Positions 10,246 to 20,414 of a DNA stretch of 64,000 nucleotides are shown piece after piece. Numbering within the stretch: position 1 is the first letter of the stretch; each line of letters begins with the position of its first letter. Made by a program: the position numbers and the translations under genes. The notes below the pieces were generated by a model. It did not search any database. It saw nothing but the letters and a program-made list of their open reading frames with translations, and was not told the DNA's origin. This DNA is from an uncultured Rivularia sp. (GTDB taxonomy: Bacteria > Cyanobacteriota > Cyanobacteriia > Cyanobacteriales > Nostocaceae). Where the stretch lies: contig OY762007.1 in assembly GCA_963665115.1 (NCBI GenBank), forward strand, positions 6,720,001-6,784,000, in the 5' to 3' direction.

Positions 10246-11357
10246 TTAGGAGAGCAAAGACAACTGTTCGTTTGGTGGTTTAAAACCCAGATGCTTGTAA
10301 GCCGCAGGTGTTGCTACCCTACCACGAGGAGTCCTTTGTAAATAACCAATTTGCATCAAATATGGTTCGTATACTTCTTCAATTGTTTGGGTATCCTCAC
10401 CCGTAGCGGCGGCAATCGTGTCTAATCCTACCGGGGCCCTCCACTAAACTGTTCTACTATCACGCTTAACATTGTTCTGTCAGTCCAATCTAAGCCGCAG
10501 GGATCTACCTGGAACAGTTGTAGCGCCTCTCCTGCGACATTTTCATTTATTTTACCGGATGATTTAACCTCGGCATAATCGCGAACTCGCTTGAGCAATC
10601 TATTGGCAATACGCGGCGTTCCTCTGGCTCTACGTGCAACTTCTAATGCCCCATCTTTAGTTACTTCGGTTTTGAGTACTTGAGCAGTTCGTAAGACAAT
10701 TTGACTGAGTTCTTCTACTTCATAAAATCTCAGTTTTTGAATTAAACCAAAGCGATCGCGCAAGGGAGAACTCAGCGCTCCGACACGGGTTGTTGCTCCA
10801 ACTAAAGTAAACTTTGCTAAAGGTATACTGCGGGTACGAGCGCTAGAACCTTTGCCTACAGTAATATCTAAACGATAATCCTCCATCGCCGGATATAATA
10901 TTTCTTCAGTCATCCGAGAGAGGCGATGAATTTCATCAATAAAGATAATATCTCCAGGTTTAAGATTAATGAGCAGTCCCATAATATCTCTAGGACGTTC
11001 CAAAGCGGGAGCGCTGGTAATTTTGTAGTTTACTCCCATTTCAGATGCTAAAATCATTGCCATTGTAGTTTTACCCAGCCCCGGAGGACCATAAAGCAGC
11101 AGGTGATCTAATACTTCACCTCTGGATTTAGCTGCTTTGATTGCAATGTCAAGTACATCTTTTAAATCTTTTTGCCCAATATAATCGGCAAATTGCTGTG
11201 GACGAATAGCAACTTCACTATTATCAATATCATCTGTAGCTGCTTGGGGTTGCAAAAGTTTTTCGTCACTTGGTTTTTTCGCAGCTTTTTTCAGATGACT
11301 CTTTTCCTTGTCTGGTTCTTGAGGCTGGGGCTGTTTTTTAGAGGAGATAATCGCCAT
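10246..11357 (-). CDS. ruvB: Holliday junction branch-migration helicase RuvB (apparent +2 frameshift near 10432-10439, probably artefact)
   Basis: [26 protein letters not shown]. The C-terminal [25 protein letters not shown] continues in another frame to a TAA at 10246. Confidence 0.95.
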
Positions 11358-11530
11358 AGTCCGCTCATAGATAGTGTTTTACTTGTTCTAAAAGTGAGAG
11401 CAATGCTTGTTTTCATCACCGTAAAAAATGCGAGAAAACACTGATGCCAAAATTTTTTTTGTCGAGTAAGCTTCGTCAGCTTTAAAATTTATATTTCAGG
11501 TAAATACGATGGGAGTGCTTTCATAAAATC

Positions 11531-12298
11531 ATGCTAGCTAAGAGAATCTTACCGTGCTTAGATGTCAAGGCGGGACGTGTTGTAAAAGGAGTTAATTTTG
11601 TAGACCTTAAAGATGCTGGCGATCCAGTAGAGTTAGCAAAGGTTTACGACGAAGCTGGTGCAGATGAGATAGTGTTTCTGGATATTACAGCTACTCATGA
11701 AGATCGAGGCACCATTATCGACGTAGTTCACCGAACCGCAGAACAGGTATTTATTCCACTCACCGTAGGTGGAGGAATCCAAACCTTAGAAAATGTTAAA
11801 GAACTGTTACGAGCTGGCGCAGATAAGGTTAGTATTAATTCAACAGCGGTACGAAATCCAGACTTTATTAATCGGGCCAGCGATCGCTTTGGTAATCAAT
11901 GTATTGTTGTAGCTATTGATGCTAAACGAAGGTCAGATACAGAGAACTTTGGTTGGGATGTCTATATTCGTGGTGGACGGGAGAATACTGGTTTAGATGC
12001 CCTAAAATGGGCCAAAGAGCTTGAAGAAAGAGGCGCAGGAGAACTATTAGTAACAAGCATGGATGCTGATGGAACTCAAGCCGGTTATGACATTGAATTA
12101 ACAAAGTCAATCGCAGACTCTGTAGGAATTCCAGTAATCGCTTCCGGCGGCGCTGGAAATTGCGAACATATATACTCAGCCGTTACCGAAGGTCAAGCGG
12201 AAGCGGCACTATTAGCATCGCTTTTGCACTACGGACAGCTTAGTGTAGCGCAAATCAAGAACTACTTAAATGAGCGAAAAATTCCAGTGCGAAATTAG
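11531..12298 (+). CDS. hisF: Imidazole glycerol phosphate synthase cyclase subunit
   Basis: [33 protein letters not shown]. Confidence 0.97.
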   Translation: MLAKRILPCLDVKAGRVVKGVNFVDLKDAGDPVELAKVYDEAGADEIVFLDITATHEDRGTIIDVVHRTAEQVFIPLTVGGGIQTLENVKELLRAGADKVSINSTAVRNPDFINRASDRFGNQCIVVAIDAKRRSDTENFGWDVYIRGGRENTGLDALKWAKELEERGAGELLVTSMDADGTQAGYDIELTKSIADSVGIPVIASGGAGNCEHIYSAVTEGQAEAALLASLLHYGQLSVAQIKNYLNERKIPVRN

Positions 12299-12405
12299 CT
12301 TTAGAAAGAAAAAATGAAGCGATTATCAATATCTAAATTAGCTCAACACGGTTCTTAGAAAGGATGTTAATATAAATTAACAATAATTAATATAAATTAA
12401 GAAAT

Positions 12406-12600
12406 ATGTTGATTCCAATTTTAGTATTTGATGTAGCTTTAGTAGCTTGGTCTTTACACCTAATGGAAAGGGCTGTTGAAGACAAAGAATTTTCATTGAT
12501 GTTGGCTGGTATGTTGGTTGCCCTAGCAGCCGCCGCGATGATGGTAGTTTACTTCCTGATGGGGCACTGTATGAGCTACTTACTACAAGCTTCATCATAA
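12406..12600 (+). CDS. Small hydrophobic hypothetical membrane protein
   Basis: 64-aa ORF with ATG start and two hydrophobic helices, downstream of hisF. Confidence 0.6.
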   Translation: MLIPILVFDVALVAWSLHLMERAVEDKEFSLMLAGMLVALAAAAMMVVYFLMGHCMSYLLQASS

Positions 12601-12700
12601 TTTTTTAATTGCTAAATAATTAGTGTTATTGTTATTTTTCTTAAAACTTGTATATTGACAAATAGTAGAGAATTAAGGCATCATTAAAGATGCATTTTGC

Positions 12701-12773
12701 GGGGTTATAGCTCAGTTGGTAGAGCGCCTCAATGGCATTGAGGAAGTCAGCGGTTCGAATCCGCTTAGCTCCA
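12701..12773 (+). tRNA. trnA: tRNA-Ala (anticodon GGC)
   Basis: Cloverleaf with acceptor GGGGTTA/TAGCTCC carrying the G3:U70 Ala identity pair, anticodon arm CCTCA-ATGGCAT-TGAGG and T-loop GGTTCGAATCC. CCA is not encoded. Confidence 0.97.
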
Positions 12774-12804
12774 TATTTTGAGTAAGTTATAGATTAAAAC
12801 CTGG

Positions 12805-12877
12805 TGTGACTTTACCCATAACTTTGCCGCAACGGCAAGCTTATGCTTCCAATAAAATGTGGCAAACTTATGGTTCC
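12805..12877. repeat. tRNA-proximal transposon end with TnsB-binding sites
   Basis: Terminal site 12805-12830 plus CGGCAAGCTTATGCTTCC (12833-12850) and TGGCAAACTTATGGTTCC (12860-12877). Confidence 0.85.
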
Positions 12878-13047
12878 ATTTTTTCGTTATAATTTTTAAC
12901 ATATGTTCTGTGCTTCATCTTGTCTTACGAAGTAACACATTAATTATGGTTAGCTTAGTGATTTTTTACTTATAAATACTTGACTTTTTCAAATCTTGTG
13001 AAATGAACCGTATTACATAGTGAAGTACATAATGTGGGTTTTAAGCT

Positions 13048-14415
13048 TCATAACCCAAGTTCGCGATTTGCTTCTTTAAGAGCTAATCTAACCTTCTTGT
13101 ATCGGAAGTAACCTGGCTTGGAAACTAGTTTTGAAACAGCAGATTCAGAGGGATATTTACCTTGATTATGTAGCTTTAAAGCAACTAGCCGCACTTCCTG
13201 GCAGCACTCCTCTAATGTTTTTTTATGGTAATCTTTCTGATAGCTGATATACCTGGCAGAAATAGCGCGACATAAATCTGGAAAATATTTGTAAATCGTT
13301 CTTCTATCAATTCCTAACCGTCTAGCTACTTCTTCCATCGATAAAACAGGAGACTCATCATTTGTGAGTAAAGCTTCTAAGTCGGATTTAACTTTCTCAG
13401 AATTAAATGGCTTACTCTTTTTTCTTGATTTGCTTTTAACTTCAGTTGTTAATAATTTCTTTGAGATGCATAAATTATTAGGTTCTTCTGTCAAAAAGCT
13501 GAGAATTGATACTCCAAGAAAGTAACAAATATTTGTTAGTGCTTTAAGAGAAGGTGAATTTTTACCTTTACACCAGAGCCAAACAGTATTTCTGGGAATA
13601 TTAATTTGACGAGCAAATTCAGCTATATTTCCTTCTGCAATTTGCTCAACCCATTTAGATAGATTGAGAGCGATTGTATTAGAAGATAAAGAATCATTCA
13701 AATATGGAGTAGCAGCAATCAATTCTCCAATAGTTTTAGCAATCCATATTTTCTGTTCTAGCTCATTTTTTTTCAAAGTGTTCCTGTTGGCTGATTCTTG
13801 GGATAGAGTCTGCCCTAACCACTTTCCACATTTTGAACAATATCCTGGTTGCGATCGCCAAGCCAGCGTAGTGTTTTTTTGATGACAATTACGACACTCA
13901 AAAATTAATTGATAGTTGTGATATGGGCATATTTCCACTACATCTAGCGACCAAAGTAAAGGCTCATAAATTAATTGTTTTTTCTCGTACCATTCTTGGT
14001 AACAAATTGGACACCAAGCCCTAACAGGGCGCAGTAAATTTCTAGAAGGGAATAATTTACACCAAGTTAGTAAAGTGAGAAAGCATAAATTGTCACGTAG
14101 TGTTAATTTCTGTAGAGCTTGAACTAAGTCCTGTGCCATGACACCGCTACCGTTTAGCGCAGTAGTGTATTTATAGATTTTGTGTAAATTAGCACTTCCA
14201 TACTTTTTGTTAACAAGTGCTGCGAGTTCCTTTTCCATTAAAACCCCTGGATTAACACAATGAGCCTCAGCTAATCGAGATATGTAACCAGTTAAGCTTT
14301 CCACTAATGGAGTGCCAATACCAACAGGCTCTAATTGATATAACCGACTACGAGATGGAATAGCAAGCTTCTTTAAATCCCAAGTTTCGTATGTTTCTAA
14401 TGCACTAGCTAACAT
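13048..14415 (-). CDS. tnsD: TnsD-type target selector (TniQ domain plus C-terminal HTH DNA-binding region), ~455 aa
   Basis: SRLYQLEPVGIGTPLVESLTGYISRLAEAH TniQ N-terminus, zinc ligands WCPIC/CPYH/CRNC/CSKC, C-terminal HTHs. Start reassigned to ATG 14415, which overlaps the tnsC stop. Confidence 0.88.
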   Translation of the reverse strand: MLASALETYETWDLKKLAIPSRSRLYQLEPVGIGTPLVESLTGYISRLAEAHCVNPGVLMEKELAALVNKKYGSANLHKIYKYTTALNGSGVMAQDLVQALQKLTLRDNLCFLTLLTWCKLFPSRNLLRPVRAWCPICYQEWYEKKQLIYEPLLWSLDVVEICPYHNYQLIFECRNCHQKNTTLAWRSQPGYCSKCGKWLGQTLSQESANRNTLKKNELEQKIWIAKTIGELIAATPYLNDSLSSNTIALNLSKWVEQIAEGNIAEFARQINIPRNTVWLWCKGKNSPSLKALTNICYFLGVSILSFLTEEPNNLCISKKLLTTEVKSKSRKKSKPFNSEKVKSDLEALLTNDESPVLSMEEVARRLGIDRRTIYKYFPDLCRAISARYISYQKDYHKKTLEECCQEVRLVALKLHNQGKYPSESAVSKLVSKPGYFRYKKVRLALKEANRELGL

Positions 14416-15556
14416 CTTCCTGTACTCCGATAGGATCTCTTTTAGGTTTGCGTTTGCCAACCTTTTTTGAAGGACGGGTAGTTTTTGGAGTTTCTTCTGG
14501 TGGCGCGATTGATTTTGCGCCAAGTCCTAATGCAGAACGTAAGTTTTGTACATCTGCTTCTGTTTCAGATAATTGTCTTTCTCCTTCTTGAATTTCTTTA
14601 AACATCCTCTTACATTGAGCAACCGACCAAGCGCGTTGTTGCAAGTATTTGAGCGAAACGGTTGCTGCTTCTCTATTGAGAGCATCTTTAAAAGCGCGTG
14701 TTAACCAATTTTTCAGTATGCCAACACATCCTAAAGTACGCTCATAAAAATATTCCCAATGACTAACTAAATCTGGAGTTTGTGCTAGCGGCATATGCTG
14801 TTGGAAAGTTAACAATACGCTTTTGAAAGCCTTTACGTCTTCTGGATTATCAGCACAATAGCGGCGAAAATGAATATCAACGCTACGCCGCGAGAGTTGA
14901 CCGCTTAAATTACGAAATGTAAGTAGTTCGTATGTTCCTAATAGACAGTGCAAAATCCCTGTCATATTTGCTAGAGATTTGAGACAATCTAATTGATCTT
15001 GAAGCTTGTGTCCGCTTGCCATCTTGCTAAAATGTTGTGCTTCATCTACAAAAAATACGTCAGGATGGCGATGCTTGAGAGCATTTTCTAAAGCTCTGCG
15101 TAAAGCAGGTGCATATACTTTCGACCCAAAATTTATTTTGCCAAAATTATCGCGAGAGATACCACGCACACCATAATCAAACTTGTAATCGATTAAAGGT
15201 TCTTCTAAGGCGATTAAGGCACGTGTGTAGTAATCTTTCCAATTAAAGTTTCTCGATTCTGGGGCTACGGCTTCAACACCAACAACAGGAACACGACCGC
15301 GATCGCTTTCCAGTAATGATAATGCTAGTTCTGTTAATTTCTGCTCAACACGGAGTCGCAAAGTTGTTTTACCGACACCGCTAGCACCGTAAACAAAGAT
15401 AAATGATGCCCCTGCGGGTTCGGCAATTGTTCGCATGAGGATGTCATAGACTTCCATAAGTCGAGGATGCGCTACGGTGTAATTCTCAAAGTAAGCAAGC
15501 CTTTCTGTAGGAGGTTGTTTGAGGAGTTCAGGCGAAAATCCAGTAGATTTTGTCAT
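14405..15556 (-). CDS. tnsC: TnsC AAA+ ATPase
   Basis: Walker A GASGVGKT, Walker B FFVDEAQH, QLSRR arginine finger; located between tnsAB and tnsD. Confidence 0.92.
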   Translation of the reverse strand: MTKSTGFSPELLKQPPTERLAYFENYTVAHPRLMEVYDILMRTIAEPAGASFIFVYGASGVGKTTLRLRVEQKLTELALSLLESDRGRVPVVGVEAVAPESRNFNWKDYYTRALIALEEPLIDYKFDYGVRGISRDNFGKINFGSKVYAPALRRALENALKHRHPDVFFVDEAQHFSKMASGHKLQDQLDCLKSLANMTGILHCLLGTYELLTFRNLSGQLSRRSVDIHFRRYCADNPEDVKAFKSVLLTFQQHMPLAQTPDLVSHWEYFYERTLGCVGILKNWLTRAFKDALNREAATVSLKYLQQRAWSVAQCKRMFKEIQEGERQLSETEADVQNLRSALGLGAKSIAPPEETPKTTRPSKKVGKRKPKRDPIGVQEDVS

Positions 15557-15558
15557 AA

Positions 15559-18273
15559 TTAAAACTCCTCGTAAACTACAAGTGTATCTGGGACAATCAC
15601 TTCATCTTCAGCCATTTGAGTATCAGTATTTTCAAAACTAGCTTGAATAATTTTTGCTTGTTCGTTACGGCTTGTTGTTGTTTTCCCGCCGTCAATTACC
15701 CTAAAGACTTCCCTAACTTCTGCATCATAGGAACGCTGTTCTAGTAGAGCTTCTTGTGCTTCTACTGATGCTAAAAATTCTGCTAGATTCTTAGCAGAAA
15801 CTTGAGATTGCCGTCCATGATTTGAGGAGCGTTTGCGTAACTCAGCACTAGCTAACTTCAATTCCTTTTCTGAACGACCTTGGAATTCTGCATAATATTG
15901 AGAAATACACTCTACCCACTGTTTTCCAACAAAAGCGTGAGCGATACCAATATTAAATGGGTCGTATCTTATCTTCACAGAAGTATTTTCAATTTGGGGG
16001 TCGCGAAAACTATTAGACCAGTAGTAGATTGAGTTAATTTTTACACCACGTCCAATTTGAACTTTTGCTTTCCCACTTGAAGTTGTAGGTAGGGTAAGAA
16101 TCTGAAAGTTTTCGTCGTAAGAAATCATGCGGTGAATCCGACTGCCACCAATTGCTATCCCCGCAGCAAATGCATCTCTCGGACTCTGGAAAAGTGCTGG
16201 GTGTTCGTTTGTATCGTAAACTTTGTAAGCCCAAGTACAAAGATGTTCATAAAGTGAACCAAGTGTCCATACAGCAAGATTTTTAGGGTTCACTGATTTG
16301 GTTACTTGGCGGACGTTACGGGTTATTTGTGTATTACCGAGTAAGTTATGGACAAATTGAGTATTGGATGTGCCAAATAGGCGTTCGCAAACCGAACCAA
16401 AACGAGCTTTGGCTGGGGGTCTTTGTTTTTTCGTACATTCAAAAGTAGCTAGTAGTGTTTCAAAGTAAACGCTGTGAAACTCTGTACCGTTGTCTACGAC
16501 TACAATTTGGGGAAGCCTACCGTGACGCTTAACACAAATTCTTAGCGCCATTAAGCAAGAACGATATGAAGGTGAGTCAAAGGTTAGGTAAACTGCCAGC
16601 AATCGCCGTGAGTAAGCATCTACAAGAAATGTCGCCCAAGGTCTGCCAAGATTGCGACCTGTACGAGAGCAAACTAGCTCTACATCTAACTCGGTATGAT
16701 CTATATGTCCAATTTCAAAGGGGCGATCGCCATGTCTTGGGGTAGTTGTAGTCAGTTCATAATAGAAGGATTCATGCTTGTAAGCGGCACGACGACCTTG
16801 ACGTTTTTTAGTTTGTTCGTAACCAGTACGGCGTTTTACTTCTTTGGTAAATGCTTTGTAACTCGGAGCAATTACACCAGATTGTTCGCAAGCTCGAACT
16901 AAAGCCCCGTGAACCTCCCGCATTCTTTTTTGTTTTAAAGTTTCATAGTCTTCTAAAATAAATTTCTCCATAATTGCTAAGGTGTCTTCGGGCAACTTGC
17001 GCTGACGATTACCTTTGACACTGCGATGGGACAAAAGCCCAATGTAGCCGCAACCGTATTTTTGCTGTGCAGTTAGATATTTAGCTTTCCAGTCACGAAT
17101 GGTACGGGCTGATGTTGTTTCGTTTTCTGGGGGATGTCCGTTTAAGTAAGGTTCGATAGTTTTGTAGCGTTCAAGGGCTTCTGCTTGGTCTTCTGGACTA
17201 GCTTGATAAAATCGCTGCCAAGATTCTTTGCTAATAGCTGTTGTTTCTGGTGTTTGGAGACTTGTGATTTTTCCTTGGCGAACCAGATTCTCAAATACAG
17301 CTTTTTTGAGTTCAATTAACTGATTATTTTCTGCGCCAAGTATAATCTCTGTTTTGCCTACGTGGATGATATTTAAACCTTTGCCGTCCCAAATAACAGG
17401 TGTTCCAATGGTTAGATTGATTACAGGAGAGATAGCCGGAAGACTTACACTTGGCTGCTCAACCATTAATCTATAAGCGCTGGCAGTTTCTTCGTCACGA
17501 AAGATGAGACATCTTTCTGGTTCTGCAAGTGGTGTAGTATTTAAATCAAAATAGATTTGCTCTTGCGTAATTAAGGTGTAGATGTCGTCAGATTTAGCAC
17601 CTGTTGACTGTTCGAGTAATTCGGCTAAAGTGATTCCTGGTTGAGACGAAACAATTTCCACTAATGATTGAGCGATCACTTCTTCCACTACTAGGGATTC
17701 GGTTCGGTAATAATCTTCTAAAAATTGCAAATTACGTTGCAAGACCCAATTAATTTCCCTATCTGAACGAATGTGGTAATAAAGCCCAATCTTTTCAGCA
17801 TATACTTCTCCTGGCGGACAATGCCATTGATTATCTTCTTGAGAGTAAAAGTAACGATTGGGGTTTTTCTCTGCTAGTTTTTTCAAATCCTGCTCAGTTT
17901 TACACTCTTCCCAACCAGCAGAATTAGTTCGGATGACAAAGAAATCCGGGGTATGGAAAACGCCTAATTTACGTCCGTTACTTCCTTGATAGTCAAGTTT
18001 AATTTGTGGTGGTTGATCGTAGAATTCTAAAACATCTCGATTGTGTTCTAACTGATAAATAATTGGCAGTTCAACCCGATGAGACTCAAATTGAATTGTG
18101 AATCCCATCTTGCGACTAGGGTAGCGTCCCGAAACATTCTTGCTACCGCCACCAACGCGACGGGATGGTTCAGATGAGCGAACTTTCTCAATTATTTTTT
18201 GCCCTGCCTCGGATATTTGAAGGCGAGCAACCCATTGTTCAAATTGCTCTTTCATATAGTCTTTACTAAGCAC
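15559..18273 (-). CDS. tnsAB: TnsA-TnsB fusion transposase
   Basis: N-terminal TnsA endonuclease motifs (FESHRVE, QP, TPDF, EECK) fused to a DDE integrase core (HIDHTELD, VVDNGTEF, CERLFG) and a Mu C-terminal-like region; 904 aa. Confidence 0.92.
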   Translation of the reverse strand: MLSKDYMKEQFEQWVARLQISEAGQKIIEKVRSSEPSRRVGGGSKNVSGRYPSRKMGFTIQFESHRVELPIIYQLEHNRDVLEFYDQPPQIKLDYQGSNGRKLGVFHTPDFFVIRTNSAGWEECKTEQDLKKLAEKNPNRYFYSQEDNQWHCPPGEVYAEKIGLYYHIRSDREINWVLQRNLQFLEDYYRTESLVVEEVIAQSLVEIVSSQPGITLAELLEQSTGAKSDDIYTLITQEQIYFDLNTTPLAEPERCLIFRDEETASAYRLMVEQPSVSLPAISPVINLTIGTPVIWDGKGLNIIHVGKTEIILGAENNQLIELKKAVFENLVRQGKITSLQTPETTAISKESWQRFYQASPEDQAEALERYKTIEPYLNGHPPENETTSARTIRDWKAKYLTAQQKYGCGYIGLLSHRSVKGNRQRKLPEDTLAIMEKFILEDYETLKQKRMREVHGALVRACEQSGVIAPSYKAFTKEVKRRTGYEQTKKRQGRRAAYKHESFYYELTTTTPRHGDRPFEIGHIDHTELDVELVCSRTGRNLGRPWATFLVDAYSRRLLAVYLTFDSPSYRSCLMALRICVKRHGRLPQIVVVDNGTEFHSVYFETLLATFECTKKQRPPAKARFGSVCERLFGTSNTQFVHNLLGNTQITRNVRQVTKSVNPKNLAVWTLGSLYEHLCTWAYKVYDTNEHPALFQSPRDAFAAGIAIGGSRIHRMISYDENFQILTLPTTSSGKAKVQIGRGVKINSIYYWSNSFRDPQIENTSVKIRYDPFNIGIAHAFVGKQWVECISQYYAEFQGRSEKELKLASAELRKRSSNHGRQSQVSAKNLAEFLASVEAQEALLEQRSYDAEVREVFRVIDGGKTTTSRNEQAKIIQASFENTDTQMAEDEVIVPDTLVVYEEF

Positions 18274-18467
18274 TTAACGCTTTATTTTTTGGATCTATCA
18301 AACCAGGAACTGCTACGTATTTAGTTTTTATAGTACTAGCGAACTATCGGATATACGCTACGCGCAAGCTGCGGCTAACGCAATACAAGTTTTTCAAATT
18401 TTTGTATTATTCAATGCCCGCTCCACATCAGCTTAAGACCTTGTTTAGCTGATGTTATATTATTTTA

Positions 18468-18501
18468 ACACTTATAGTGTGCAAAACTTCACTGATAGTA
18501 G
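18468..18501. promoter_or_regulatory. Putative C-box-like operator between tnsAB and xre-tniQ
   Basis: Palindrome ACACT-TAT-AGTGT (18468-18480) and degenerate CACT-GAT-AGTA (~18490-18500). Confidence 0.5.
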
Positions 18502-18537
18502 GTAGATTTTACAGCGATACTAGTTCACTATTATTTT

Positions 18538-18798
18538 GTGGCACTAAAACACTTCAGTATTGAGTACCGTTTTGGCAGAGCGATTAGGCGGCGAAGGCGA
18601 GAGCTAGATTTGTCCCAAGAGGAACTGGCTGAGAAGTCAGGGCTTCATCGCAACTACATCTCAGGTATAGAAAACGGAGAGCGGAACCCTTCATTGAAAA
18701 ATATTGCTAAGTTAGTGGCAGCTTTGGAGATATCTGTCTCCGATCTGTTTGTGAATTACCGCATCGAGGTTAAAGGTGAATCAGAAGCTAGTTCCTGA
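18538..18798 (+). CDS. Xre/HTH_3 regulator resembling RM controller (C) proteins
   Basis: LSQEELAEKSGLHRNYISGIENGERNPSLKNI HTH; divergent from tnsAB and upstream of tniQ. Confidence 0.88.
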   Translation: MALKHFSIEYRFGRAIRRRRRELDLSQEELAEKSGLHRNYISGIENGERNPSLKNIAKLVAALEISVSDLFVNYRIEVKGESEASS

Positions 18799-18848
18799 CA
18801 TTTGGCTTTTAAAACTAAAGTGCGAGCGTTTAGGTTAATCCCAGAGGG

Positions 18849-19846
18849 ATGACTATGACTATTTACTTAGAACATTGGAACCTAAAACCTCCAGAAATAC
18901 CGCAACGGAGTAGGTTATTTTGTCTTGAACCTGTGGCGGTGGGAACTCCCTATGCAGAAAGTCTTAGTAGTTATCTTCATCGTTTAGCGCAGGAGCATTG
19001 TTTAACCTCTCAAAAACTGGTTATGGGAGAAATTGCGCCACTTATCCTCAAAAATGAAGATAAATCTGAGCTATTGAAAAAAAATGTGAGTCACCTGTTG
19101 GGAAATAGCGACGCTAAACCAGCTATCAACGGAATGCGAGAAATGACAGGACAGTTAGTCACTGTCTTAGAAGAGTTAACAATGCGTCAAGATTTACGCT
19201 TTTTGACCCTTTTAAGCTGGAAAGGAATGATTCATGACAAGGGGTTATTTCGGAACCATCGCGCTTGGTGTCCCCTTGTTGTTTGGAAGAGTGGAAGCAG
19301 GAGAACAAAACTATCTATGAGCCGTTATTATGGTCATTTAAGGACGTAGAATTTTGTTTGATTCACAAACAGCGATTAATAGAAGAATGTCCTCATTGTG
19401 GTTCGCATTTACCTGCGATCGCTAAGTTGTCATCTGCGGGATTTTGTTCTCGTTGTTACGGGTGGTTAGGACAGGAAATTAAAGGCGAAGAGGAAATTGA
19501 GAAATATCGAGTTAAGATTCAAGGAATTAGCGAATTAATTGCACTTACTCCACAATTAGGATATGAACCCATCCCAATCGAGTTAACCCGAAAATTACAA
19601 CTAATTTTGTTAGTGTTTGAACAAGCAATTGGGAAAGATTTGCTGTTATTGGGAGATTTAGGGAGAATTATGGAATCTTTGAAGATAGCCTCAAAAACAA
19701 ATCAAAATCAACCTTATCATTTGGTAAAGTTGATTATTCCCGTGTGCGAGAAGGCGAAGATTAGTGTATCCCAGTTGTTTGGGTCAGATTTTAAGGAATT
19801 GGGCAAGATATTATTCGAGAATTTTGGTCTGGAATTAAAGTTGTAG
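18849..19846 (+). CDS. tniQ: TniQ, predicted Cascade-associated target selector (~331 aa; apparent frameshift in C-run 19272-19275)
   Basis: SRLFCLEPVAVGTPYAESLSSYLHRLA. Joining the two ORFs restores RAWCPCC...CLIH...CPHC...CSRC zinc fingers. Confidence 0.85.
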
Positions 19847-20414
19847 AAATTTTTAAATAACATTACACCCCAATTCGGGTTTTGCTGAATCGTGCGGATG
19901 AATTGGGAATTTCACATTATATCGGAAAGTGCAGTGCTACGTCTCTACATAGGGTTTGCTGAAAATACTTTGGTTGGAGTTAGGAATGGGAAATACTTTA
20001 ACCTCTATGTGTTGACAGTTTTTTGAAGTCCACAAAATTAGAGATACCTTTGTTTTAAGCCTTATACTCCTATAAAGATTTCACTTTCTTGTCGAAAAGT
20101 CTTTTGAAACGCTTATAGTGCTGCTTGCTATGCAGAATCTCCCTATCATCGAATCGAGTGGCAGTTTCAGAAGATGGGGGGATGCGATCGCCATTCCCTA
20201 TAACAGAACCGCAGTAACAAATAAACTATTATTAGCTGCGATTAAACCCAGGCATGAACGTCACAATCACATAAGAATCACAAAGAACTAAACATACAAA
20301 GTCTAATGATAATAAGGCTTTCCGCCTTTTATATTTTTAAAATGCAATGCTTATGCAGCGTCTCAGTCACATAACAGTGACATAAGAATTATACAAAGTA
20401 GGCTTCAAGACGAT

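Noticed and set aside
14416..14523. 36-aa N-terminal extension of TnsD in the ORF track
   Set aside because: It overlaps the 3' end of tnsC; the ATG at 14415 coupled to the tnsC stop fits the TniQ-domain start better.
18849..19846. Programmed frameshifting in tniQ, cas5 or hsdR
   Set aside because: No slippery heptamer with downstream structure was evident, and the same indel pattern occurs in housekeeping genes.
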